From: Clostridiales bacterium
GTDB lineage: Bacteria > Bacillota > Clostridia > Christensenellales > UBA1242
DNA length: 64,000 bases
Direction of reading: 5' to 3'
Assembly (NCBI GenBank): GCA_015055535.1
Contig: SVIA01000005.1
Location: forward strand, 3,867 to 67,866
Part shown: positions 37,919 to 47,634 of the stretch, piece by piece
Layout: each line of letters starts with the position of its first letter
How positions within the stretch are numbered: position 1 is the first letter of the stretch
Position numbers and translations under genes: made by a program
The notes under the pieces: model-generated
The model's input: the letters and a program-made list of their open reading frames with translations, nothing else
Told to the model about the DNA's origin: nothing
Database searches by the model: none

Positions 37919-40141
37919 ATGGAGCGATTTATAAACTTTAGAGCATTTTTATTTGTTTTTATTGGAGCTATTTTAGGTAGCGTTTTTTCGTTTCAAGTTT
38001 TTTCAGAAAATTTAATTTGTTATATAATTACATTTGTATTAACACTATTAGCTTTAATTTATATTATTTTAACTTCATTTTTATCTAAAAACAATAAAAT
38101 TAAATTTATAAATAAGTTTTTGATTTGTATTTTAGTTGGTTTTACTATTTTTTCTAGTTTAAGTAGTATAAATTATTTAACTTTTAATAAAAATTTAGAA
38201 AGCTTAGAAAATGTAAATGTAATAGGTAGAGTATGTACGGTTAATGAAAACGCGGAATATAACTATCTTATTTTGGAAGATTGTAAAGTTATCGATTTTA
38301 AAGAAGAAACAACTTATGGTTTATCTGGTAAAATTAGTTTGGTTGTTTATAGCGAAGATGTTTTTAGTAATTTATCAATAGGCGATAAGGTTAACTACAC
38401 TGGAAATTTAAACAGTAATAAATTAATAGAAAACAATCAATTTAATAGTTATTACTATAAAAACAATATAAAATATTCAAGTTTTGTTAATGATGATGTA
38501 TTTTCGTTTACTGATGGCAATTTGAAATTAGACGAAAATTTTAGAGAAAAAGTTAAAAATATTTTATTTTCTAATATGAGTTATGATAATGCATCAATTT
38601 GTTATGCATCAATTTTTGGTGACAAAACATTAATTGAAGATAAAATTTATGAGAGCTTTTCTTTATCTGGTACCGCACATATTTTATGTGTATCTGGTCT
38701 TCATGTTGGATTTTTAGTTGCATTACTTTATTTTATTTTTAAACTTTTAAAATTAAAACCAAAAGTTATCTTAATTATTTTAAGTATAGTATTGTTTATT
38801 TACTGCTATTTGTGTGGGTTTTCTACAAGTGTAGTAAGAGCAAGTATAATGAGTATTATTTTATGTTTTGCTTCTACCTTTGGAACGCGTTATGATAGTT
38901 TGTCAGCATTAAGCTTATCTGGAATTATAATTTTACTATTTAAACCTTTCTATATTTTTGATCTTGGATTTCAATTAAGTTTTGCGGCTTGTTTTGGAAT
39001 AATTTTACTTACTCCAAGTTTTGTAAGTTTTTTTGAAAAAATCAATTTTAGTAATAAATTTAGCGAAACATTAAGTATAACATTAGCGGCTCAAGTTGGG
39101 ACATTTCCAATAATATTGCATAATTTTGAAAAGATGAGTATGTTGTCGATTTGTGCAAATATAATTATTGTGCCACTTTTTAGTGTTTTATTTACAATTT
39201 TAATTGTATTTGTTTTTATTAATGCAATTTTTCCTATGGGATTTTTGTTTTATTTGGTTGAAATAATTTTAAATTTTATTATATTTTTAACTAAGGGTTT
39301 TGGAAGTGTTTCTAGTATGATTTTTCAAACAAATACATTTTCATTATTCTATAGTTTATTGTTTTATATTTTAGTTTTGTGTTTAAGTAAATTTATTAAT
39401 TTAAAAAATAAATCCAGATTAATATTTATAAGCGTGTTAGTTATAACGTTTTGTTTTTCATTTTTATTACAATATTATCCCAATAATTTTAATTCCAATT
39501 TGCTTTTAAGTACAAATGTTGAAAATTGCAACATAATTACTAATAGTTATAATCAAAAAATTATGATAAATTTGGATGAAAGAACAAACGATGATTATGC
39601 TGTTGTTAATAAAGATTTATTAAATTATAAAATTTTGAAATTAGATGCTTTAATTTTGTCAAACTACTCAGAAAACTCACAAACTTTTGTAGTTAATATT
39701 TGTAATAAATATAATGTAGATACACTTTATTTACCATCTTCGTTAACTTACAATGAAGAAAAATATTTGTTTGAAAATTTAAATTCAACTTTTATTTTTA
39801 AAGCTAAAGACAATTTTTATGGTATAAATAATATTAATTTTAAAATTTTAACAGAGATTAATGGTGTTTATTTAAATGTAATGGAAAATAACCATTCTTT
39901 TACAATGCTAATAGGAAATAATTTAGATAAAACTACGGCTTCTTATTTAATTAGAGAAAATTTAACAGGAAATTTTATAAAATTTAATTATTTAAACAAA
40001 AACTATATTAATAGTGTTGAAAAATTTGATATAATATTTTGTAATAACGCAAATATTCGTCAAACAAACATTTATTCAATAAAAAACTTATCTAAGTTAA
40101 TCGACTTAAACAATTTCAAGGAGAAAATTTATGAAGTTTAA
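37919..40141 (+). CDS. comEC: ComEC/Rec2 DNA internalisation channel protein (C-terminal metallo-beta-lactamase motif degenerate)
   Basis: Competence-domain signature SGTAHILCVSGLHVGF, many TM helices, and conserved synteny with holA. Confidence 0.8.
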   Translation: MERFINFRAFLFVFIGAILGSVFSFQVFSENLICYIITFVLTLLALIYIILTSFLSKNNKIKFINKFLICILVGFTIFSSLSSINYLTFNKNLESLENVNVIGRVCTVNENAEYNYLILEDCKVIDFKEETTYGLSGKISLVVYSEDVFSNLSIGDKVNYTGNLNSNKLIENNQFNSYYYKNNIKYSSFVNDDVFSFTDGNLKLDENFREKVKNILFSNMSYDNASICYASIFGDKTLIEDKIYESFSLSGTAHILCVSGLHVGFLVALLYFIFKLLKLKPKVILIILSIVLFIYCYLCGFSTSVVRASIMSIILCFASTFGTRYDSLSALSLSGIIILLFKPFYIFDLGFQLSFAACFGIILLTPSFVSFFEKINFSNKFSETLSITLAAQVGTFPIILHNFEKMSMLSICANIIIVPLFSVLFTILIVFVFINAIFPMGFLFYLVEIILNFIIFLTKGFGSVSSMIFQTNTFSLFYSLLFYILVLCLSKFINLKNKSRLIFISVLVITFCFSFLLQYYPNNFNSNLLLSTNVENCNIITNSYNQKIMINLDERTNDDYAVVNKDLLNYKILKLDALILSNYSENSQTFVVNICNKYNVDTLYLPSSLTYNEEKYLFENLNSTFIFKAKDNFYGINNINFKILTEINGVYLNVMENNHSFTMLIGNNLDKTTASYLIRENLTGNFIKFNYLNKNYINSVEKFDIIFCNNANIRQTNIYSIKNLSKLIDLNNFKEKIYEV

Positions 40142-41114
40142 AGATTTAAAAAAGAGTTTAACAACAAATTTAAGTTCTTGTTATTTATTATCTTGTGGAA
40201 GTGATGAAGAGGATTTATATTTAAAGGCAAGTGCTAAAAACAATATTATTAAAGCAGCAATAAATGGATTTTTAGATTTAAATTTATCTATTTTTAGTAC
40301 AGAAAATTTAGATGTAAATAACTTTAAAAAAGCGTTAGAGACCATGCCATTTATGAATGATAAAAGAGTAGTTTTGCTTCTTGAAAATGAAGGAAGGAAA
40401 AATGAAAATTTATTAAAATTTTTAATGGAATATTTAACAAAAATGAATTCTTCAACTATTTTAATAATAGACGCTAATTTAAATTCTAATTTTAAAAGTT
40501 TAGAAAAACTTGAAAGTGTAAATGTTGTTGATTGTAGTAGGCTAGATAGAGATATTTTAACTAGTTTTATAATTAAAAATTGTAAAAGCAAAAATGTTGA
40601 AATAGAAAGTAAAGCTGTTGATAAATTAATAGATTTTTGTGACGGCTATATGGTAAAAATTAATTTAGAATTAGACAAAATAATAAGTTTTAAACTAAAT
40701 GAAAAGCAAATTTTTGAAAAAGATATTGAAGAAAACGTAGTAAAAAGTGAAGAATATCAAATTTTTGAATTAACCAATGCACTTTTTAGTAAAAATAGCG
40801 ATAAAGCATTATTTATTGTAGATGATATTATAAAAAACAAAAAAAATATTAACATGATTTTAAATTTAGTGTATAATCATATAAGAAGATTATTTTATGT
40901 TAAAATTAGCAAAACTTCGACTTTGGAACTTTCTAAAATGTTAGAAATTAAAGAATTTGCTGTAAAAAAACTAGTGGAAACTGCTAAAAATATGTCGGCA
41001 AAAAAATTAAGACAAGTTTTGTCTTTGTGTGAAGAAACTGATTTTAATATAAAAAGCGGAAATTTAGATTTAATTAGTGGAATTTATAATTTAATTTTTA
41101 CAATTTTAATTTAG
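40131..41114 (+). CDS. holA: DNA polymerase III delta subunit
   Basis: 327 aa, overlaps the comEC stop, and sits in the comEC-holA order conserved in Firmicutes. Sequence is weakly diagnostic by eye. Confidence 0.65.
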   Translation: MKFKDLKKSLTTNLSSCYLLSCGSDEEDLYLKASAKNNIIKAAINGFLDLNLSIFSTENLDVNNFKKALETMPFMNDKRVVLLLENEGRKNENLLKFLMEYLTKMNSSTILIIDANLNSNFKSLEKLESVNVVDCSRLDRDILTSFIIKNCKSKNVEIESKAVDKLIDFCDGYMVKINLELDKIISFKLNEKQIFEKDIEENVVKSEEYQIFELTNALFSKNSDKALFIVDDIIKNKKNINMILNLVYNHIRRLFYVKISKTSTLELSKMLEIKEFAVKKLVETAKNMSAKKLRQVLSLCEETDFNIKSGNLDLISGIYNLIFTILI

Positions 41115-41121
41115 GAGAATT

Positions 41122-41817
41122 ATGAGTGTATTTAGTATAAGTGATTTACATTTGAGTATTAATAGCGATAAACCAATGGATGTTTTTGGTCCTGTTTGGG
41201 AAAACTCTTTTGAAAAAATTCAAACAGATTGGCTTAACAAAGTGACTGATGATGATATTGTCCTTCTTTGTGGAGATTTAAGCTGGGCAATGAAACTTGA
41301 AGATGCTATTGAAGATATAAAAATGTTAAATAATCTTCCTGGAAAAAAAATACTTTTAAAAGGAAATCATGATTATTGGTGGCAAGGAATTACAAGTTTA
41401 AGAAATGTGCTTCCTAAAAATTTTTATGCTATTCAAAATGATGCTTTAAAAATTGATAATTATATTTTCTGTGGGACTCGTGGCTGGATAATTCCAGAAA
41501 ACAAACAAAATACTGAAGATAACGTTAAAATTTACAAACGCGAAGTTGAAAGATTAAAATTATCTTTTTCTCAAATGCAAAAACTAAGAAATAATGGTGA
41601 CAAGGTTATATGTTTAATGCATTATCCACCTTTTAATCAAAATATAGAAGATACTGATTTTACAAAATTAATAGAAGAAAATAAGGTGGATGCTGTTGTT
41701 TTTGGTCATCTTCACAGCAATTTAAGCGGTTACAAATTAAAAACAAACAAAAACAATATTGAATATTTTCTAACTTCTTGTGATCTTATTAATAATAATT
41801 TAATAAAAATATTATAA
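41122..41817 (+). CDS. Calcineurin-like metallophosphoesterase
   Basis: Motifs SDLHL, GDLSW, GNHDYW and GHLH. Confidence 0.75.
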   Translation: MSVFSISDLHLSINSDKPMDVFGPVWENSFEKIQTDWLNKVTDDDIVLLCGDLSWAMKLEDAIEDIKMLNNLPGKKILLKGNHDYWWQGITSLRNVLPKNFYAIQNDALKIDNYIFCGTRGWIIPENKQNTEDNVKIYKREVERLKLSFSQMQKLRNNGDKVICLMHYPPFNQNIEDTDFTKLIEENKVDAVVFGHLHSNLSGYKLKTNKNNIEYFLTSCDLINNNLIKIL

Positions 41818-41891
41818 ATTTTTAAAAAACTATATACATTTTTAATTTTTTTTGATATAATGAGAAAAAATAAACTAAGGAGAAGTTTGTT

Positions 41892-44213
41892 GTGGAAGGT
41901 GTTTTTCATGGGTTTATAAATGCTATATATTCTTTCTTATTTATGATTTTAAGTTGGTTTAAAGACGTTTTTGATATGTGTTATATAATGGTTAGAAAAC
42001 TAGTTGGTATAGATACATATTATTACAACGGGGTAGAAGTTGGAAATGGCACTTCTGCTGGAACTGTAACTGGCGATATTATTGAAATTTTAATTAGGTC
42101 AGAAATAACTAGAAATTTATTTATAAGTCTATTAGTTTTAGGAATTGTTTTATTATTTATTGTAACTTTTGTGTGTGTTTGGAAATCAGAATGGAGTTCT
42201 TTTGATAAAGAGACAAATTCTAAATCGGCAGTAATTAGAGGAGCTTTAAAGGCACTATTTAACTTTATTGCTGTTCCTGTAATTGCGTTTTTTGGTATTT
42301 TTGTAGGAAATGCACTTTTAAGAGCAATAAACAGCGCTACTGGTGCTGGAGATGATGTTTTAATGAGTGATATAGTCATGACATCTTTAATGACTAATGC
42401 TGTAAGGGTAGACTCTCGTAATATTGGTAAAAGTGATAACTTAGCTCTTAAGAATGCTAATATAGCAGAGGCCGGTGAAAATGGCAAACAAGGTATACTT
42501 AGATACTTTATGAATAACCGTGGTGAAATTGTTGTAACGGATATTTTAGAGGCGTTTAAAAGGAACTGGACTATTTCTGGAGCAGATGCTGGTAAATATG
42601 AAATAAAATCTGATGAAGGTGCAGGTGATTGGTTAGTTGAGTTTTTCGATGATTCAATTGATGTGGATTCAATTAATCGAGAACTTGATAGTGGAACACT
42701 AGTTTTTAGTTATGATGATAAAGAGTTAGTACGTTTCTTTTTTGATTATTCTGAAGTAAACTATGTTTTAGGTTATATTGTTTTAATTATTATGGTGGGA
42801 ACATTACTTAAAATAACATATGGTTTAGTAAAACGTTTATTTGTACTTTTAATTTTATTCATTGTTTCTCCACCTATTGTAGCGTTATCGCCAATAAATC
42901 CGAAATTAATTTCCAATTGGAGAGAAATGTTTATTGGAAATGTTGCTATGGCATATGTATTTATTGCTATATTTAATATTTTCATGTCTATTTACCCATT
43001 GTTTGCAAATATTAGATTATTCGCAGACAATGAAGGAGTATTACAAACATTAGTTAACATATTTACTCCATTATTAGTGATTTGTGTAGGATTATTAACG
43101 ATTACTAGTGTCGAGTCAAGAATTTCGGAATGGATACTTGGTAAAGGATATGATGTTTCTAGTCAATCTGAAGGTGGCTGGAATAAGGCCTTTAGTATGG
43201 CAGGTAAAGCATTAAAACCTATGACTATGCCTGTTAAAGCAGTTGGAAAAGTAAGACAATATGCACACACTGGAGCATATCATGGCATGGGCGCAATGCT
43301 TAAAACAATGGGTAAAGATGCTTTAGGTGTTGGTAAAAAAGTTGCAACTGCTGGTCCACTTAATGAAATGTGGAAAGGTGCTGGGGTAAATAAAGACTTA
43401 TTTAAAAGTTATGCTGCTGTAAACAAAGATAGAAAAGAACTTGGAATTAAAGACACTAAAAAGGCAGTTAAAGAAACCAAAAAAACTATTAATGCTGAAA
43501 TTGATGCTGCTGCAAATCTTCTTGGTATTCAAGGAAATAAAAAAGATAGAGAAAGGCAAATTCAAAGCAATGTTGAAAATTACAACAAAAATAAAGGCAT
43601 TGTAGATTCTTTAAAAGCAGATATAGAAAGTGGCAAAATTGAGAAGGGTAGTGATCAATATAAAGAATATATGGATGCAAAACAAGTGCTTGATCATATT
43701 GAGGCAAGTGGTCAAACTGAAAATATTGAAAGATTAGCTTCTGCTTATGCAGATAAACAAACTCTTGAAAGAAGCGGAGCATATGGGCAAGTAAAACTAA
43801 ACAATGATTTACCACAATATCAAGGAAATAGAGCCGCTGCGGAAGCAACAAGAGAAGTAATGGCTAAATATACTGCACTTAATGATGCAACAGAAGAAGC
43901 AACAGAAGAGGCAAAAGCAGAAGCTAAAGCAGAAACAGAAGAGGCTAAAGCAGAAGCTAAAGCAGAAACAGAAGAAGCAAAAGCAGAAGCTAAAGACGAA
44001 GTACAAAAACAAAAAGAAAGTTTTGATAAGCTTAAAGAAGACTATAAACAAAGTAAAGATAAAGATGCTGCTAAAAAACAAATGCAAGATTTAGATAAAG
44101 CCATAGATAAAATAACTCGTACAAATTCTAACGTAAGAGAACTTCAAGATTTAAAACATGAAATTAAAAAATTATCTTCAAAAATTGATAGACAAAACAA
44201 TAGAAAAAGATAA
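41892..44213 (+). CDS. Uncharacterised polytopic membrane protein with long C-terminal coiled-coil/EAKAE-repeat tail
   Basis: GTG start after AAGGAG. Several TM helices in the first ~430 aa, then a Lys/Glu/Ala-rich tail. No family recognised. Confidence 0.55.
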   Translation: MEGVFHGFINAIYSFLFMILSWFKDVFDMCYIMVRKLVGIDTYYYNGVEVGNGTSAGTVTGDIIEILIRSEITRNLFISLLVLGIVLLFIVTFVCVWKSEWSSFDKETNSKSAVIRGALKALFNFIAVPVIAFFGIFVGNALLRAINSATGAGDDVLMSDIVMTSLMTNAVRVDSRNIGKSDNLALKNANIAEAGENGKQGILRYFMNNRGEIVVTDILEAFKRNWTISGADAGKYEIKSDEGAGDWLVEFFDDSIDVDSINRELDSGTLVFSYDDKELVRFFFDYSEVNYVLGYIVLIIMVGTLLKITYGLVKRLFVLLILFIVSPPIVALSPINPKLISNWREMFIGNVAMAYVFIAIFNIFMSIYPLFANIRLFADNEGVLQTLVNIFTPLLVICVGLLTITSVESRISEWILGKGYDVSSQSEGGWNKAFSMAGKALKPMTMPVKAVGKVRQYAHTGAYHGMGAMLKTMGKDALGVGKKVATAGPLNEMWKGAGVNKDLFKSYAAVNKDRKELGIKDTKKAVKETKKTINAEIDAAANLLGIQGNKKDRERQIQSNVENYNKNKGIVDSLKADIESGKIEKGSDQYKEYMDAKQVLDHIEASGQTENIERLASAYADKQTLERSGAYGQVKLNNDLPQYQGNRAAAEATREVMAKYTALNDATEEATEEAKAEAKAETEEAKAEAKAETEEAKAEAKDEVQKQKESFDKLKEDYKQSKDKDAAKKQMQDLDKAIDKITRTNSNVRELQDLKHEIKKLSSKIDRQNNRKR
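43905..43995 (+). repeat. 33-bp in-frame tandem repeat (EEAKAEAKAET, about 2.7 copies)
   Basis: Units at 43905-37 and 43938-70 differ at one base. A third, diverging copy starts at 43971. Confidence 0.85.
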
Positions 44214-44240
44214 CAATATTTTTGTAAAGTTAAAAATAAA

Positions 44241-44273
44241 AACACTTTATCATAAAACGATAAAGTGTTTTTT
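44241..44273. terminator. Bidirectional intrinsic terminator
   Basis: AACACTTTATC/GATAAAGTGTT stem flanked by A/T runs, between convergent genes. Confidence 0.8.
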
Positions 44274-44316
44274 ATTTAAAATATTTAAAGCATAAATGAA
44301 AGAAAATTTTAAAAAT

Positions 44317-46323
44317 TTAATCGGTTAAATAAAAAGTGCAGGTTGATAGTTTTTTGCGTTTTAATTTTAAAATTTTCCCATTTTCCATTTTATAATAAAA
44401 GCCTTTTTTATAAGGGCAATTATAACAGTTAGCTTTTAATAAATTTTTGAAAGGGCAGTGTCTTAATGTCATGAATGGATAATTTGTTTTTGTAGAAATA
44501 TTGCTTTCAGCACAAATTACAGGTTTGTTATAAACACTTGCTGTATAATTGTTATAAACATTTAAGCCAGCGCCAATTATAATGTTTGTATTAAAACTTA
44601 AAGCGTGATAGTTGTTTGCAATAATATTAACTTTTGTATTATTAATAATATTTTCTAAAAGTTTTATATCTTTTTCAAGCATAAAATTTGGGGTATCTAA
44701 ATATAAAACTTTATTTTCTTTTTCACAAAGCTGTTTTAATTTTAAAATTTCATTTTCATTATATTCACTTGGTGAATATATTATATTTTTATGTGTTAAT
44801 TTTTCATTTAAATTTTCTATTATTTGAAAATCTTCAAATTTTTTTATTTTATAATTATTTGTAATTTTTATTTTTTGTATATTTCTTTCATAACTTTTAA
44901 CTATTATGTTATAAATTTCATCAAAAACTTTTCTTCTAAATTCATTTAATTGTTGTTTTGGCATAAAGATATCATCTAATTTTGTTACATTTAATTTGGC
45001 ATTAAATAAATCGCTTTTATAAAAGTTTTTTTGTAATTCTATTTGAGTTATAGGTGAATTTTTTGCTTTTTCACAAATAGGCCCTACAACTTCATAATTT
45101 TTATCTTTTATTTTAAATTTGGCTTTTATTGGCTTATTTTCTATTGCTTCAATATTTAGTATAATTTCTCTTTTTTTTGCAATATTTAAAAGTTCAGTTT
45201 CTTTATTATAATCGATAATTAAATGTAAGCTATCATTAACATTTAATTTTTGAGTTGTAGTTAAATAGTAAGTATTAGTGTTAATCTGTTTTAAATCAAA
45301 AGCCGTAATAGTGTTTTTTTCTTTAGTTTTGTTAAAAATTTTAAAAGTCGATTTTGGATATAACTTTTCTTTACTTTCAAAATAAATCTCGTTAAATTTT
45401 TTGCCGTAATTAACTTTTGTAATTTTACCTATAAAAATTCCCGTATGATTATTGTATGGAGAAATTATATTTCCATTCCCGTTTAAATAACCTTCTGTAA
45501 ATTCTCTATTAAAAGCGAGTTTTAAATTGTTTTCGTTTACCTTTAAATTGTTTAAAGCATTATAATATTGTTTTGTGGTTTCGCCAACATAATAAGGTCT
45601 TCTTGCTCGACCTTCAATTTTTAGAACATCAACACCAGCATTTTTTAGTTCGGCTAGTTTTTCTATCATATTAAAATCTTTAGCACTAAGCAAATAACCC
45701 TTTTTTAAACTTTTTCCGTCAAACTCAAAAGAATAGGGAAGTCTACAAAGTTGTTTACACTTGCCTCTATTTCCGCTTGCATTAAACAAGTATGAACTCA
45801 AATAACAGTTCCCTGAAAAAGAAACGCATAATGCTCCATGGACAAAATATTCAATTTCAATATTACATGCTTTTTTTATTCTTTTTACTTCATTAAGTGG
45901 AGTTTCTCTAGATAAAACAACTCTTTTTATATTAAATTGTTTTAAAAAATTAACACCTTCTAAATTATGTATTCCCATTTGAGTACTTGCGTGGATTTCT
46001 ATTTGAGGGTAATATTTATACACTAAACTAATTAGACCCAAGTCTTGAATAATAAAAGAATCAACACCCAAATTAAAACAGTCTATTATTAAATTTAGAG
46101 CATCTTGAATTTCATCGTTTGAAAATAAAATATTAATAGCCAAGTTTACTTTAATATTAAAAATATGTGCAAAATCAACTGCTTGTTTTAAATTATCTAA
46201 ATTAAAACAATTTACATTATTTCTTGCATTAAAACTATTTATTCCTAAATATATTTCGTCAGCTCCATTAAAAATGGCGGCTTTTAAACTTTCTTCGTTT
46301 CCTACTGGAGATAATATTTTCAT
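44317..46323 (-). CDS. Peptidase U32 family protein (long form)
   Basis: N-terminus MKILSPVGNEESLKAAIFNGADEIYLG and the Cys-rich central region fit U32 proteins. Confidence 0.75.
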   Translation of the reverse strand: MKILSPVGNEESLKAAIFNGADEIYLGINSFNARNNVNCFNLDNLKQAVDFAHIFNIKVNLAINILFSNDEIQDALNLIIDCFNLGVDSFIIQDLGLISLVYKYYPQIEIHASTQMGIHNLEGVNFLKQFNIKRVVLSRETPLNEVKRIKKACNIEIEYFVHGALCVSFSGNCYLSSYLFNASGNRGKCKQLCRLPYSFEFDGKSLKKGYLLSAKDFNMIEKLAELKNAGVDVLKIEGRARRPYYVGETTKQYYNALNNLKVNENNLKLAFNREFTEGYLNGNGNIISPYNNHTGIFIGKITKVNYGKKFNEIYFESKEKLYPKSTFKIFNKTKEKNTITAFDLKQINTNTYYLTTTQKLNVNDSLHLIIDYNKETELLNIAKKREIILNIEAIENKPIKAKFKIKDKNYEVVGPICEKAKNSPITQIELQKNFYKSDLFNAKLNVTKLDDIFMPKQQLNEFRRKVFDEIYNIIVKSYERNIQKIKITNNYKIKKFEDFQIIENLNEKLTHKNIIYSPSEYNENEILKLKQLCEKENKVLYLDTPNFMLEKDIKLLENIINNTKVNIIANNYHALSFNTNIIIGAGLNVYNNYTASVYNKPVICAESNISTKTNYPFMTLRHCPFKNLLKANCYNCPYKKGFYYKMENGKILKLKRKKLSTCTFYLTD

Positions 46324-46382
46324 AATATTATTATATCATAATATTATTTGTTTTTAAATAAAAATATTAAACTATTTTATTT

Positions 46383-47102
46383 TTAATATAAACTAGAATT
46401 TAAATATTTGATTGTTCCACAAAAAATTTGATAACAAAGTTTTTCTCTAAATTCTTTTTGTTGTAATCTTAGTTCATCTTTTTCATTGCTTAAAAAGCCA
46501 CACTCTACTAAGCAAGCAGGGCAAGATGCGCTATTTAATACTAAATAATCGCCCTCTAAAGATAATTTTCTTGCATCTTCTATATTTTTTACCAATAAAT
46601 CTCTAATACAATTAGCCAGTTTTTTACTATTTTCATCGTTTTGTTTATAAAAAGTTTGTGCTCCTATGCTAGATGTTAGACTAAATTTATTCATATGAAT
46701 AGAAATAAAAATGTCGCAATTACTTTTTTCTATTATTTCTTTTCTTTTAAGCATATCTTCATATTTATCTTCAAGCAATCCATATTCACTTGTTCTAATT
46801 AATTCAACTTTATAATTTAAACTTAAAAAATAAGTTTTTAATGTTTTTGCGTATTCTAAATTTAAATCGCTTTCTTTAACTCCAGTAGTTAGTCCAATAG
46901 CTCCTCCGTCGGGGGAACCATGCCCGGCATCTATTAAAATAAAGGGTGTAGCATAACTAATTGTATTTGCTTTATAACCATTATTTATATTAATATAAAT
47001 AAGATAGAAAATAATTACTAATATAATTGCTAATAGTTTGTAGTTTATTTTTATACTTTTAATCATTATTATAAAGTATTCTAAAAATGATTTTTTTATC
47101 AC
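46383..47102 (-). CDS. N-acetylmuramoyl-L-alanine amidase (Amidase_3, CwlD-like)
   Basis: N-terminal TM helix, LIDAGHGSPDGGAIG, SIHMN, and a length of ~239 aa similar to CwlD. Confidence 0.75.
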   Translation of the reverse strand: MIKKSFLEYFIIMIKSIKINYKLLAIILVIIFYLIYININNGYKANTISYATPFILIDAGHGSPDGGAIGLTTGVKESDLNLEYAKTLKTYFLSLNYKVELIRTSEYGLLEDKYEDMLKRKEIIEKSNCDIFISIHMNKFSLTSSIGAQTFYKQNDENSKKLANCIRDLLVKNIEDARKLSLEGDYLVLNSASCPACLVECGFLSNEKDELRLQQKEFREKLCYQIFCGTIKYLNSSLY

Positions 47103-47159
47103 ATCAAAAAAATTTAAAATATATATTGAAAAAATATTTTTTTGTTGTATAATATTAGT

Positions 47160-47561
47160 ATGTTAGTTTATAGATATTTATCAGAAGAAGAATTAAAAAG
47201 TATACTTGCAAATGACAAATCAAATATAGGTCGCGAATTTTTTACTACAGAATGTAAACAGTTTAATAGTCATAAATATAAAAAAGGAGTTAAATATTTA
47301 CACTTTTTTAAAAATAAAAAAGATATTAAACATATTAAACCAATGAAGGCAAATTCAAATAAAACTTATTATATTTGTGAATTCGATATTCCATTTTTAA
47401 AACTACTTCCACATATTGGTTATGGGGTTTATGCTGGGCATGGATATGATGAATATAATAAAAGCGTTTGCGAGTTTATAATATCTGTTGATAAATTTGA
47501 TACAAAATGGCTTAAAAACTTTGAAAAAGATAAAGAAAAAACAGCATCTTTAGAAAAATAA
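47160..47561 (+). CDS. Hypothetical protein (apparently leaderless mRNA)
   Basis: The track ORF starts at a TTG inside the promoter. TTGAAA (47126-31), 16 nt, TATAAT (47148-53), then the ATG at 47160 exactly 6 nt after the -10 hexamer, with no SD. Confidence 0.45.
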   Translation: MLVYRYLSEEELKSILANDKSNIGREFFTTECKQFNSHKYKKGVKYLHFFKNKKDIKHIKPMKANSNKTYYICEFDIPFLKLLPHIGYGVYAGHGYDEYNKSVCEFIISVDKFDTKWLKNFEKDKEKTASLEK

Positions 47562-47634
47562 TTAAATTTAAATATAATTTTAAAATATTGCAATTAGAAA
47601 ATTTATATGCTATAATAATTTAAAGGAGTTATTT

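Noticed and set aside
43809-44094. Alternative-frame and antisense ORFs (92 aa and 70 aa) of K/Q/F/C low-complexity sequence
   Set aside because: They are artefacts of the GAA/GCA/AAA-rich tandem repeat in the tail of the 773-aa gene.
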